Assembly: GCA_964035545.1 (NCBI GenBank)
Contig: OZ037771.1
Location: 9,293,408 to 9,357,407, forward strand
DNA length: 64,000 bases
Source of the DNA: Bugula neritina
Lineage: Eukaryota; Animalia; Bryozoa
Direction: 5' to 3'
Position numbers and translations under genes: made by a program. This document shows positions 24,700 through 37,946 of this stretch, in pieces; the first letter of the stretch is position 1; each line of letters starts with the position of its first letter. The notes beneath the pieces were generated by a model. The model worked only from the letters and a program-made list of their open reading frames with translations, did no database searches and was not told the DNA's origin.

Positions 24700-26210
24700 T
24701 AATATTATTTAAATAATTTATAATAGTTCAATTATTTCACCAATTCGTTAATGGTCAACAACATCTACTTTTAGTTTAAAAAATTGTATTACAAATATTG
24801 CATTTTTGCATGACCATCAGTATCACTATGAGTATCACTATCAGTATGACTATGGTAATAGTAGATCACTCAAAGTCAATCACAGTGACAGTCTGAGTCA
24901 CACTCAGTCACTGTCAGTGTCATTGTGAGTATCATTGTCAGTGCCAAACTCAATCACAATGTCAATATCAGTATCACTTGCACTTACACTTACAGCTACA
25001 CTATCAGTGCCGAAGGCGAATGATTCTATAAGTATAAGCGGCTCCAAGCTGGTGGTGACTGAGTGCAATAGTTTAACTTTAACTTTAAGTTATTAGTTTG
25101 CGGTTCTCGAGTTTGGAGTTGGGGATATTAATTGGAACTTGGAATCCCAACTTTAAACTCGAGAACTGCAAGTGCAACTGCAAGCTATTGCATTAGCACT
25201 CAGTTGCCACCTACTAGTACTAGGAGCTGCTTACAGTTATAGTTATACTTTATAGAACCATTCATCAGTACCACTTACAATTGCCCTAACTCTCACTCTT
25301 AATCTTAGTCTTATTCTAATTCTTAATTCCTACGAGTATGAGTATCAGTATGAAATTAAGTGTCAGTCAGTATCACTATCAGTTGGAGTTACGCTTACAC
25401 TTACTCTTAGTCTTGCAGTTTCAGTTGCCGTACTGGTACAAGTACTACTAGTACTAGTAGTACTAGTAGGATTCTGAATTACCAATATGAATATGGATAT
25501 CATTATGATTATCATTATAATTATTATAAATATAAGTATTATTATCATTATGATTATGGTTATGGTAATTAGGTGATGGTACTACTGCTAGTGGGCAATC
25601 ATCCAATAACTCACTAGTCTTATGGGACTAGGTAGTGTTACACTTGCAGTTTAGTTACTGTTGTTTCATACACAATATGCAAAATGGTTGCTTTGCACAC
25701 AAACTGCTGTCTGTCTATTTTGTATAAAAAATGAATAATAAATTGATCCACTGGATAACCTCTTGAATGGTACTAGTTCACTTATTTATTGCATCCCAGC
25801 TCCCTTACTCTTCCAGCATGTTTTAACAAAAAATATATGCAGTAACTATGTGCTGCCATCTACTGATAACAATATCTAAACCAAGATAGCAGTTCTCCCC
25901 TAACATCTACGTTTCACAATAATCAATAAGCATACAGTGAAATGAAATGTGCAAGTTACTTGTGAGCAGTTCTGTATGACTCAAACTTCAAATAAATAAA
26001 TATATCAAAAATATGTATTTTAAGTAATTTAATGTGTACAAAACGACCTATAAAAATGTCTACGAAATGACCTGCTCGCTAACAGTTACTGTCAGTCATC
26101 AATAAGAATATGAGTATCAGTATGAGTATGATTTAGAATATTACTAGTACTATGAGTATCAGTATGACTATCACTGTGAGTATGGCTATATACTATTACT
26201 ATAGTGGGTT
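24700..26210. repeat. 6-bp periodic low-complexity tract (right flank of promoter), interrupted by ordinary sequence at ~25660-26080
   Basis: e.g. ATCAGTATCACTATGAGTATCACTATCAGTATGACTATG (from 24815) and ACTCTTAATCTTAGTCTTATTCTAATTCTT (~25295). Confidence 0.8.
25018..25263. repeat. Imperfect inverted repeat (hairpin / MITE relic)
   Basis: Arm 25018-25126 aligns to the reverse complement of 25144-25263 (GAATGRTTCTAT..GCRGCTCC..GGTGG..ACTGAGTGC..GTTCTCGAGTTT..AGTTGGG). Confidence 0.85.
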
Positions 26211-26810
26211 AATCAGCACACATTTTTAAAGAGTTCAGTTTTTTTATAATGTTGTTGGTGAAACACAAAACAAAGATCTGAAAAGAGCACATACTCGAGT
26301 AAAATCTTATTCATTTCATATGATAAAAATTCAATAAAAATATGAATTAAGAAATATGTAAAATGCAAGAAAACCAAATTAACATTATTTAGTCTTTTAT
26401 TTATGACAGCTTATTATTAGTTTCAGATCAATTCAACCAAATTTAGTGTGAATTTGCAGCTGTTTTGATTTAAATATCGTTCATCACATTAAGCGTTAAA
26501 TAGCCATTTTTAATGTCACATATATTAATAAATAATTTTGCCTGAAATGTGGTGGGATTTTTTATTTCTTATTGATCACAAACCACTACTTTTCGTCATC
26601 ATTATTTGGGCCATTGCAAGGATTTTGTTTTTGAAATTGCCTTCTCCAGAATTCTCAAGTCTCTCGGTTTTGAATTACCCATGAAGTCTAATGTTTATGG
26701 GCTGATTTACTAATAAGCAATAAAAAATTATCTTTAATGTATTAGTGTTTCCCCGCAAAAATTAAAATAGTTTTGGTGGGAATTTATCTTTAAGATTTCA
26801 TTCTAGCATT

Positions 26811-27030
26811 AGGGAGCAGTGGTGGTCTAGGGGTTAGATTGTTTCTTTAGTAAACACGAAGTCATTTGTTCAAACTCCAACAAAGGCCATTGGTGATGTT
26901 AGGAAGAGCATCCAGTCATAATTGCTCCTGTGCCCCATCTGAATAATTAGTCCTTAGCCTGATTTAATAAAAAAAAACTTTTCATCAGGGGTTTTCTCAT
27001 AGAAATGGCAACTATAAGCTTGCGTGAGAG
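26811..27030 (+). mobile_element. tRNA-derived SINE
   Basis: A box TGGTCTAGGGGTTA, B box GTTCAAACTCC, conserved-core-like GGTGATGTTAGGAAGAGCATCCAG; second decayed copy at ~46420-46640 shares GTCATAATTGCTCCTGTGC. Confidence 0.75.
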
Positions 27031-27718
27031 TTTCATTCCAGCATTAAAAATCGAACAAATTTTCACATAGTAAAAGACACAAAAATAAATAACTAAGTTT
27101 TCAAAAACTGAGTATATGTATTTTAAATTTTATTATAAAAGTGCATATATTGAAAATGAGCAGTCATTATAGTTTTATGCGTGATTTATAATCAATTTAG
27201 CACCTTGATCATGTTTGTGCTAGTACCTACCTATTTGTCTTTGTTGTTTTCATGAAATGCTATTGCTAATCCTTATAACGATAGCATGAGTTTAAAGATT
27301 CAAACTGTCCTCTGACACATGTAGCATTTGATATGTAAAAATGTGCTAGAAAAGTCAAAGTGAAATTGAAAATGAAAAAATCGTCACATTTTGACTAGTT
27401 TAGATTTTTGCCCAATTTGCCAAACCAGGCTCCATTTTTGTGACAACTTTCTATGATATAGCAACATTAGTGTAAGCATGACACTTCGTAATTGTGGGAA
27501 TTCTACTTCAGTCACATTGTTAAATTATGCTGCAAGGCTTAACCTTTTCTCTGTAGTTTCTTTCAGGAAAACATAATTGCTCACTTTTTTGTGTTTAATG
27601 AGGAAACACATGCTTCTTTACAGATAGAGCGCTAAATTGTTTAAAATGTCATTGTAATCCAAAAGTTTATGCACCAGGATATAATTTACTTTAGGTGTAG
27701 AACTGACAATCCTCTGGG

Positions 27719-30700
27719 ATGGCAGAACCTCTTCAAATAAACCACGATGCCATAAACAATCTCATTAGTTTCTCAAATTCTGCAAGCACAGAGATGAAGA
27801 AATCTCTAGAATCAAGTTCTGATTTTGACACTTTAGATCATGATCGTGCTAAACGGAACTACAAAGTTATGGAGGTATTTTGTTTTGAGGTCCTGTGAGA
27901 GTAACTTTTGGTTTTGATGTTTTAGGTATTCTACTAACTTTTAAACAATTATTTTCATATATGGTTTTAGATTCTGGATCCTAAATTGGCAAAAGAAACT
28001 CTTCCAGAATGTTCTCAGGTAGTAATTGGTTTTATATTCTCATTTTTGTTCCGGACCGTATTTTAAGTAGATTTTGTTTAAGCTTACACTGTAATGTCTA
28101 GACGATGAACCACGTCAAGCTTACTTAATCAGATGTGTCTACAACTGTTATATCTAGTTTGTATAACATTCTGTAAGCTGTGTTTCTACTAAATGTATGC
28201 TTTCAAACATAGTTTTACACTTTTTATTGCGTGCATTTTGTCGTATCTCAAGTTCGTTATTTTGGGTTGCTTTTTAATATTCTAAATGTTCATACGTATT
28301 GTAAATTTGCAGTGAGATATTATATATTTTCACCGCAATAACTGCGTTTGGGTTTCCTCACCTAAAAACTAACCAATTCATGCTGTATCAATACAGAACC
28401 ACAAGGCTATAAACTCTATGGCAGAAATTGTTATTGTAAAAATCCATCTAGGGTTAATCTTATCAAGCAATTTCTATAATTATAATTTTAAGATATCTAA
28501 GTTATCTTGGAAAAGTAATTTAATAATCATATATTTAATCTATGGAGAGAAGTAATAGACGTAAACAAAACTTCGCAACTATTCTTAGAAGAATGTATAA
28601 AGGTGAGATATAATTGACGGAACTTCACATGGTGTATTCTAGTGATCATGTATGATAAATATGGTGGGGCATTATTGGATTTAAATTTGATAGATTAACT
28701 GCTTTAGTAAATTTATATCCATATTCTTTGAATGTGACTGTGTGGTGCTTATTTTCACAGCAGATGGTTTTTATGCAGGGAGAGAAAAGTGAAGGCCATT
28801 CCAGAGACAGAAACGAGGAAATCCGTTGTCGTGCCGCCATTGTTATTCAGTCGTACTATAGAGGTTACAAGGATAGGCGCAAGTTTGTGGAGCTACTTTA
28901 TGATTTGTATGAAAAGGTAAACTAAGGCATGAAATTATATAAAATAGTAGGGTGTTGCTTGGATGTAATTGAAATGTCTGTATCCATTGAACATCGGGAT
29001 CTTCTAGAAAAATGATATCTTTCAACTTCTTTGCACTGAATTTTATCCTTTTTAGTTTATCAAGTAGCAGTCAGACTTGTAGTTCATAAATTTCTGTGTT
29101 TTAATTGTACTGTAGATGTTGTACAAATTGATATTAAATTAAATTTGTTTGAGATCTCTACTTCATATAGTTAGTTACAATATACTTTAGTAGTAGACAG
29201 TCATGGTTTAATGAATAAAAGTATATACTATCCCTGTTGTCTGATTTTCATAACGGTCATTGGTGATGTCTGAAAAGTTACAAAGGTTACTGTCTCACTC
29301 ATGCCCTTATGTAATATTGTAAACATATAAAAAGTATATTACTCTCTAGTAGTAAGTTGAGTCCTGTTTCTTGTTTATAGGAAGAAGAAGAAAGAAGAAA
29401 TAGGGCTGCCCAACAAGTTGAAGAAGGTGAACTACTGGTAGCCAATCACACGCTTGAAGTTGATATCGAGGATGCGGAGTTGATTGCGAGGAATAAACAG
29501 CGGAGATTTGAATCTCAAGTAATCACGTGAGTCGATTAGCCACAGTTAGTCTGTGAATCAATCAGTTAGTCAGTCTAAACCAGTCATTGAGCCCAATTTA
29601 GTTTAGTTGTGTAGTTGAGGGTATTGACTGTAAGTAGCTTGTGTTGTATATCATTTTCAGACTCTAGTGTCATTAGTATGACGTTGAAATGGCTTGTCCA
29701 TGTTTCTAGTTCATAACAAATTATTTGATCTAAAAGCTGCATGCAGAAGCTTGTCGTTATGTCATGAGAATACCCTTGAAACACACATTTTATTGTTGCA
29801 GAATACAGCGAGCTTGGAGGTCGTACAGGCTGCGGCACAACTCATCCCGTCTACCAACAGGTTTGTTTTCAGACAAAACTCAACCAACTCATTCTATTAA
29901 TGTTTGCTATTGATAAAGCATAATATTTTGTTGAGATATCCTAAAACTAAGGAATATTATTTTAAGGTAGTTTAATTTATAAAATTTAATTTTTCATTTG
30001 TAATTATGTGCTCTAATATTTTCTAAAGATATTAAACTATCCCTTGTTACTTATTGCACGAAATTCAATTTGTATTTTATAGTGGTAAATGATGACTTAG
30101 CATGCGAATGGTAATTTGTTTATTCTCTTTGGTTTTTGTTGGTTTATTTGGATTTGAATATTGGCTGAGACTACTTAGCGTGTGATATATAAAACTCAGA
30201 CATGTTAAATGCCTGAGTTTTAAATGTTACTAAAGCCATTGTCATGTATTTGCTAAGATATGGTACCAGGTTTTAGCAATTAATAGTTGTATGCTGATTT
30301 GTCAGGTTTTCATGCTCCTATTATATTTCCATAGCCATACATTTTTAAATCATTTTTTGTTATAGTGTTGCAATAAATTCTTTACTGTTTTGTAACTTTT
30401 AAAAGGTGGCCACAAAATTAGATTAACAATTGAAAGCCTACTAGATTAATCTCAAACAAATATTTTAAGATACTGTAGTATTCAGCAGGAAGACCCAGTG
30501 CTAATCTCATTCTGTATTTCTCAGGAATGCTCTTCAACTATGCAGTGTTACAAAAACTTGTGTTTATCGTGTACCTTGTAATCTGACAACACTGAGTGTC
30601 TCTGTTACCATATTGCATACATGTGTAGATGTGTTCCATGCTGAAACTTCCACCACACCCAGTTTGTATAGATTCTTACTTTGTTCCAAAAAGGCATAGA

Positions 30701-33700
30701 TGAGGGGACGGTGCCGCAGAGCCCCACCTCTCTAAGGAAAAATACTTTACTCAGCCAAGCTCAGCATTTTGCCGATTTGAAAAAACAGAATGAAGATGCA
30801 CTTCCATACAATGCTCACTGGGCCACACTGTTGAGTGATAGGTAGTTTGTTTATCATAAAATCAAGTTTTTATTACTAACAAGTGAAAGATTCATAAATA
30901 ATACTTGGGGCTTGGCGTGTGTACAGCCAGCATACAATGCTTGTTCTTTTTATTTTGTTATCAGGGAGGAATACTGAACATAATTATTAGCTAAGCAGAT
31001 GAAGTTATGGATAATCTTGCATGAAGCTCAGCTATTCTCCCATTGCTCATACATACTGAAGTATAATTGATGACTTTTTAAATGTATTTTTCAACTTGGC
31101 ATTTAGTATCAATTTGCTTCATTTAGTTTGAAATTACCGAAATGAAAATATTTGTTCAATGATTGTTGGTGATATGAAAAGCATATAAATACTACAAACA
31201 CTGCTTTTCCATTCCTTCTCAATATGCGAATGGGTGCTCCTACTGATGAATTTTTGGTTGCGGTTTGCATGAATTTAAGGTTGTGGTTTCATCCAAGCAT
31301 CGAATGAAAAATCCATTTGCGTAATTCGAAGCTTGGAAACCCAGTGAGTGTTGATTAAGATAGCATTGCACTGTATATTGGGTAGGATGATATCTCGATC
31401 TGGCAGTACGTCTATGTTAGTTTTATATATTTAGTAGTTACCTTCCTCACTTACAGTAATTTACCTTGACTTCAATATAACATTATGTAGGTAAAGTGTA
31501 CATTCACTCCATTTCATAACCCATAGACACACGACATGCTTGGAGAAACTTATAATATCCCAGCATACACTGTTGGTAGATGTGTACATATAGTAGACAC
31601 AGTGTGCAGATTGTGAGATCATATACCTGTAGCACATGCACACCATAACTTTGTAATATTGTACAATTAGACCAAAATGTCATATAATTTTATACACTTG
31701 CATGTTGTCATTGATTATGCTCATTATTCCACTTTCTGTCAATAGTGATTAGAGTTATTGCCATCCTAGGTTTGCTATTTGCCATGTATGCAATATAATG
31801 CAGTTTAAAGTGTGTTTACTTATTATACAAATGGGCACTATTCGCCTCAAGATAGAGTAGAAGCAGCTGGTATAACTCTCATATAATGTGTATTATAATA
31901 TAGTTCACTGTTGCGTTAGTTTGTAATATTAGTTAGTAATGTTAGTTGGTAGTGTTAGTAATGCTAGTGGGTAATGTTAGTTGGTAATGTTAGTTGGTAA
32001 TGTTAATTATCAATTTTAGTTAGTTATTATTTGGCAATGTGAGTTGGTATAGCCAAGATGGACCATTGCGATTTCATCGGACATGGTGACTTTAGTAATT
32101 TATTTATTTCATAATAATTCTTGCAATAATTTTTTTTCACTATTAGATGTAGTTCTATATTATTTTTAGTGACTGCTATACAATCCTAAAAATCTAAAGT
32201 TATTTTGATTTTTCAGTGAATGAGTGCATGAGCTTCCTAATACTCACTGCAATCTTTGCAATAAATCTGTACCATGATTTAAGCTATAAATAGGTGTATT
32301 TTTTGTAGTTTGTTGTACATTAATATCAGTTTTTGTGTATCGCTGAATTACATGCATGTGTATATTGCTGTAGCCGTTGATGTATTTGCTGTAGTTAAAC
32401 CCGAATATGTGTGTGCTAATAGTTAATGCATATTTATTGGATGCCATGTGTAAAATATGTATGATTGCATTGAGATATTTAGTAAATAATATGATCCTAC
32501 GATGATGTCTGTATACTTCAATCAATTGAACATGTGTTACTGTGTTTGGACAAATGTATCGCCATGATGAAAATGTACCGTACTGTTGCTGTAGCTCATC
32601 ATCTGACGGCAGTGCTCTTTCAAGTCCTGAACACTTACCTTACAGAAAAAAAACTGCCAACCCTTTTCGGAAGGTTTGTTGTTATCTTCTAGCCTAATCA
32701 TTGTTGAGCTCTTCTTAAATTTGTCACACACATTCGCTGAGATGTTATATATATATGCATATACATATACACATATGCATCTATGGATACGTACATGGAT
32801 GCATGTGTGGGCTTTAGGGGCTTAAGGCTAAGTCTTTGTGTAAAACTACTCCTATATCTTCTGTCTCTCCTACTACTGTGGACATCTTGTCTTGCACTCC
32901 TTATACATATCCTGAGTAATACTGGCAAGCCTTTGGGGCGACTTGTTCCCTCAAGCAGTGCCATATTACGTCTCTGGGTACTGTGTCCTATGCTTTCTCT
33001 AAGTCCACAAATACTAGATGTAGCTCTCTATCAAACTCTCTAAAGTTTTCCTGTAGGATCCGAAAGCAGAACATTGACTGTAGTAGACTTTCCTTTCTGG
33101 AAGCCATACTGCCTTTCACTAATCTTCACTATATCTCTTAACCTCCACTCAATCATCCTTTCCCACAGCTTAAGTGAGGGGCTAAGGGGTTTAATTCCCC
33201 TGTAGGTGTTGCATTGAAAAAGATCTCTCTTCTGTTTGTAAGGTGGTGTTATAGTGTTTTTCTCTAGATGCTTGATATCCTTTCTCTTAAACTTCTGCCA
33301 ATATCAATTACATCTATTCTATCCATGTATGTCTTAGAGCTTTCACAACCTTAGGTGAGAGTTTGTTTGGCCTGGTAGCCTTGTTGCTAGCCATAACTTC
33401 TAGTTGTTGCTCAATCTCCTGCAATGTAACCTCCGGTAGTAGTCCTTCTGTTATTTCACTCAACTCATCTCTGGTGTTAGTGGTATTTGATAATCTGTAA
33501 AAATTTGGTTTTAATTTTTTCCTCCTCAGTCAGCATCCTTTCCTGCTGGTTTTTCACAAGCACCAGACCATCAATATCCTGAGCTCTCTTTTTCCTAGTC
33601 TTGGCCAGCCTGTAGATCATTAATGGCCTGTTATTTTCCAACTCCTGATACGATCCCTCTTTTGCTAATCCCACAGTATGTTTCGCACTCACACCTGCCT

Positions 33701-36700
33701 TCCTATAAAGCTCATGGTTTTCCTCTGAAGTTGCTGCTCACCACCACTCATATATGCATCTTTTCTCGGTTATCTTTTCTGTAATATATAAACTACTCTG
33801 CCGATTATATTTAACTAAACAAACTTGCAGATCGATTCTGACAGCGGTGAGTTGACGCTGCCTCAACTAGACTGGTCAAAGCTGGAGCACTGTCGCGGTC
33901 AAGACTCTGCCAAGTCTTCCAGCCTTTCAAACAAGGTGAAACTTTTGTGTGAACTGCAAACTTGTCTAATTATTTTTCCAAGTTATGAAGTTTCCGGTTG
34001 AATTTTGCACTGCTTGATGTTGTGCTGGTGTACTAAAATAATCTGATCAGCATAAAAAAACGAAAAAATATTTTAAAGCATTACAAGCCATCTGATTCCT
34101 AAGTTTTCTAGTATTAAAATACAGGTGAAAGTGTTGGTACAATGGGCTGTAAATATTCTTCTATTGTGCAGGTTATACGGGATGCGCATCGAGAAGATGT
34201 GCGGAAGAGGCTGGCCATGAGTACACCTGCTGATAGTACTTACGGGGACCTTTATTCACGCACTTCAAACAAGCCTTTGAGAGGCCAGAACTCAGCTATG
34301 GAGCTTTATGTAAATGAATGCAATGACGAGGTAAGCTCTCGAACAGTTAAATATCCTGTTGGTAATGGAGAAACTAATTTTATGACTAGAAAAAGCTTTT
34401 AGTCAAAGGACTAGTTACTCAAATATTGTAGAATGTAGCCAAGCTTATTTAAATATCTTCTATTTGGCCCGTCACATAAAACAATTGTTTCATCATTGGA
34501 TAACTGGTGTCAATCTAGATAGAAGACCCCCAGTTAGACGGCCCCCAGCTAGACGACCCCAAATATATGTACAGATGACATTCAAATATATTTGACTACT
34601 TTAAACTTTGAAATTGAATTAATATAATTTAGAAGAATAGTCCAAAAAGGTTATATTATTTCAAAAAATTTAGGCATCTTATGGATAATGACTGCAGTAA
34701 ACTGTTAGAGCAATGGCTTCAATGAGTCATATTATTATGCATATGGCTTCAGTTATTTACCTATGCATAACTTCAGTGAAACACCTGTGCACATGGGTTC
34801 ACATGAAATTAAAATAAATGCAACTTAGCATCAAAAGTCTTTATTTTTTTAATTCCTAGTTTTTTTAAATAAGTCGTCCAAATGGAAGTAGTTCAGTTGA
34901 AGGTCGTCTAAGTGGGGATCGTCTATCTGGACTGAAACCGAATAACTGCATGGCTGCACTGTTTTACTGAAATGTGCATTCATAGACAATCTATGTCTCA
35001 GCTGCTCTTCTCAAAAGAGTCAATTCTTGTATGCTAGTGAGAGGCTCTGCAAGCAACCTTTTTGGAAAAGACCCATTGGGTAGGGTGCAAAGCTTACTCA
35101 CAACTTTGCTGAAAAATATCACACAGCTGGGATTTGAACCCGCAACCTTTTAGTGGAGTAATATGTGTTCTATTAGCTGTATAGTAAAGCATTCGTATTT
35201 AGATTATTGCATTAAACTGGTTTTTCTTGAAGACTTCAGGCACGAAAGACTTATCTCGTGTTGACTTGGCAACAAGGCAAAAACAGTTGCAGACAGAAGC
35301 CACCATAGCTTACAGTCAGGTAATGAAAACTCTAATTATTATTACTTATATTTCGATTGCTTTCTACAATAACTTTGATGAAGTGAATTGAATTATTTTC
35401 TATATTTGTAGTATATAATTAATATAGTCCATTATGCTTCTCTTTTCCCAAAGTAGGGTTTGCTAGTCGTAATATTCTATATGAATAGTTTTGGACAAAC
35501 TTAAATTACATTAAAATTTTGTTGGCGGATATGTGAAGTGAAGTTTGTATTCAACAGATAAAACTGAATTAATTAAACTGTGGTGATTTATGCTGACCAA
35601 CGTCATGTTTTTGCTAATGAGCCATTCACAGTTTAATTACCATCGCTTTCCAGTTACTTTTCTGTATACCTTTTACATTTATGATTATTCTAATGGCTGC
35701 TGCAGGCTGGACCAATTGCTAAAAAGATAATCGCTGTGGAGAGAAAAGCTGAAGAGCCATCACAAATAGCCAGAATGGTAACTGTGTTTTAGTGATATTA
35801 TAGTGTGTAGTACGATAAAAGTCAAATTATCTTCTGTGTAGTAACTTTCCCTTTTGTGATAATATTGTCTTCTGTGTAGTAATAATATCTTCCGTAATTT
35901 AGTATATTTCATTTTTGTTGCAGCTCGGAATCTCAACATTTAGAAGTCAAGGTGAAAGAGCATTGAGTAAAAAGCGTTTGGAGTCACTCACTCTTGCTCA
36001 GCTGCAAGTTGTATATAATGCCATACAAAATGAAATTGAACGTAAGGCAATCTAATTTTTATAAATAGCTAAAAGATCAACTATTAGCATATTTAATAGA
36101 TTGATTATATTTTTAATCAATCTACTAAATGTACTAATAGACAATTTACTAAATATTTATATTGTAAGTTTAACCTCTTGTTGGCGCTAAGGTATTATGA
36201 TAGAAATAACTTCTAGAGGTTTTTCAACTCTTTATAGTTTGCAATGTAACTGTGCACTACATTTACTGTGCTGTAATACAGTTTAACCAAAAGTATTTGT
36301 TCTGTTAGGTCTCAACGAAGAGCTTGTAGAGGTGGTGGTGGCAAGAGATGAACTGCATATGCAGCAAGACTCCATTCTGGTGAATGTAGAAGACCTGCAA
36401 AGGTAAAATGTGCTCACATAATGGTATTATTTCATGACTCAATCTATTACTAAACGGGTAGTTTTTATAAGCCTTAATGGGGAGAATTTAATTTCTTTTC
36501 ACCACAACCGTATCTATAAATCATTTTGCAGTCTCAGCCTGCTACAGTTATGGTTTAGCAGAATTCACGTTTTATTCTGCACTGTTGCATTTTTGGGAAT
36601 AGTATTACTATTTTTTGGGTTACATGGATTATGTAATTAGACGTGATAAAATGCTAACTGACTTGAAAACTTCTGCTTTTTTCCATATATTTCAAGATGT

Positions 36701-37154
36701 CTGTTGGTTCATCTAGAAAGCTCTTGAGCAAAGAAGGTAAGATAGTGTAATGATTTAAAGTTTAAACAAACAAAAAAGATGGAGCACGTGGTTCAACTAG
36801 CCCAGTGGTTAAACTAGCCCCACTCTCCCCTATTTGTGTATTTAAAATTTTAGCCTGGAAGAATACCACTGAGGTTTTATGCTACATAACATAATGATAA
36901 TTCATTTTGGTTAGAAAACTGAGTTGTAGGTCTTCAACTAGCTCATGCTAAAGGTGTATGACTGTAAAATATAGGCAAATGCACCTATATAAGTTGTATG
37001 ATTAATCATTTTTGTACACAGACGCATAGAGGAGTTGTCTAAAAGACATCAGAAAAAAGTGGCTGCTAAAGAGTCTAAAAAGGCTGCAAAGGAGTCTCAA
37101 CCACGATCTGCTACTAGTCGGATGAGCCGGCTGTTTGGGCTTGGAAAGACGTGA
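27719..37154 (+). CDS. SCHIP1: IQ-motif-containing schwannomin-interacting protein 1 (IQCJ-SCHIP1-like)
   Basis: Exons 27719-27874, 27971-28018, 28779-28916, 29381-29526, 29802-29860, 30694-30841, 33845-33935, 34172-34330, 35233-35319, 35706-35777, 35924-36041, 36309-36402, 37022-37154. IQ motifs IQSYYRGYKDRR and IQRAWRSYRLR; SCHIP1 motifs LPQLDWSKLE, TRQKQLQTEA, QLQVVYN, LNEELV...RDELHMQQDSILVNVEDL. The exon 6-7 junction is the least certain. Confidence 0.87.
32780..33760 (-). mobile_element. RTE-clade LINE fragment in an intron
   Basis: Minus-strand remnants IYRLAKTR..QDID and KQKRDLFQCNTYRGIKPLS..LKLWER..VKISERQYGFQKGKST. Confidence 0.85.
34506..34939. mobile_element. MITE with imperfect TIRs and ~8-bp target-site duplication
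   Basis: GGTGTCAATCTAGATAGAAGACCCCCAGTTAGACG ... CGTCTAAGTGGGGATCGTCTATCTGGACTGAAACC, flanked by GGATAACT / GAATAACT. Confidence 0.75.
36640..36832. mobile_element. Terminal fragment of the pogo-like element family also found at 50125-51832
   Basis: AAAACTTCTGCTTT..GGTTCATCTAGAAAGCTCTT..TGGTTCAACTAGCCC..CCCCACTCTCCCCTA matches 51688-51830. Confidence 0.8.
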
Positions 37155-37946
37155 CTCAAGTCTTTGCAGCATATGCATTGTAGTTAGGGTTTCTATATTG
37201 TAATTATATGTACATGTTCAGATTAATTTATTTGTTTTTTTTTTCTTGTCAAGAATTTTGAATCTAATCTCTGTCAAACTGAACATTATAGGCTCAGTTA
37301 TACATTATATATCAATAGAGCTGTAATCTTTATATTTTATGTTATTGTTCAATTTTATTTATTTGTATTTTCAACAGTATGTGTGCACAATACTTATATT
37401 TGTAAAAATACTTGTGACCTCCAATCCACCATCGCAGAATTGGTGAATCAAAACTATCATGTTAAGCATCTTATTTGGACAATACTTGGACAATAATATT
37501 ATGTTGTCAATATATTCATTGTTTATTTCTTTAAGACATGGGAATTGCAAAATTACTCATTGAATAACTTAATAATTTTTTTCAAATTTAGTTAGTTTCA
37601 AAACTTTATAAATAATATAGTATCTATAAGTATTAAGAATGAAATGTGAGCAGGATTTCTTTCATAGAATTGGTAGGTAATTTACCAACTTCTTAAACAA
37701 TGAAATTACAATAGGAAATTGTGAATGAAAAAATGAAAGCTGATGATTGTTATACCAGGATTGGTATATAATGATAAATTATGAAAAAAGATGTGATTTT
37801 ATATAACAATTACATTTCACTGCCATAAACTTAATAAATCAATATTATTCCCACAACTTTTTTAGAATCGTTACTGTTGCCGCAAGTAGTGTGGTCACAG
37901 GAATGCAAATGTAAATTTCAATCAATTGAATATTAATGATAAGGTA

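Noticed and set aside
26220-26795. Possible TTAA-bounded DNA transposon relic (similar AT-rich block at ~22860-23525)
   Set aside because: One end looks element-like (..ATCTTTAA) but a matching TIR pair could not be established by eye.
26811-26890. tRNA gene (also the minus-strand B-box-like segment near 35125-35150)
   Set aside because: A/B boxes are present but there is no intact cloverleaf, and the sequence continues into a SINE body with decayed copies elsewhere.
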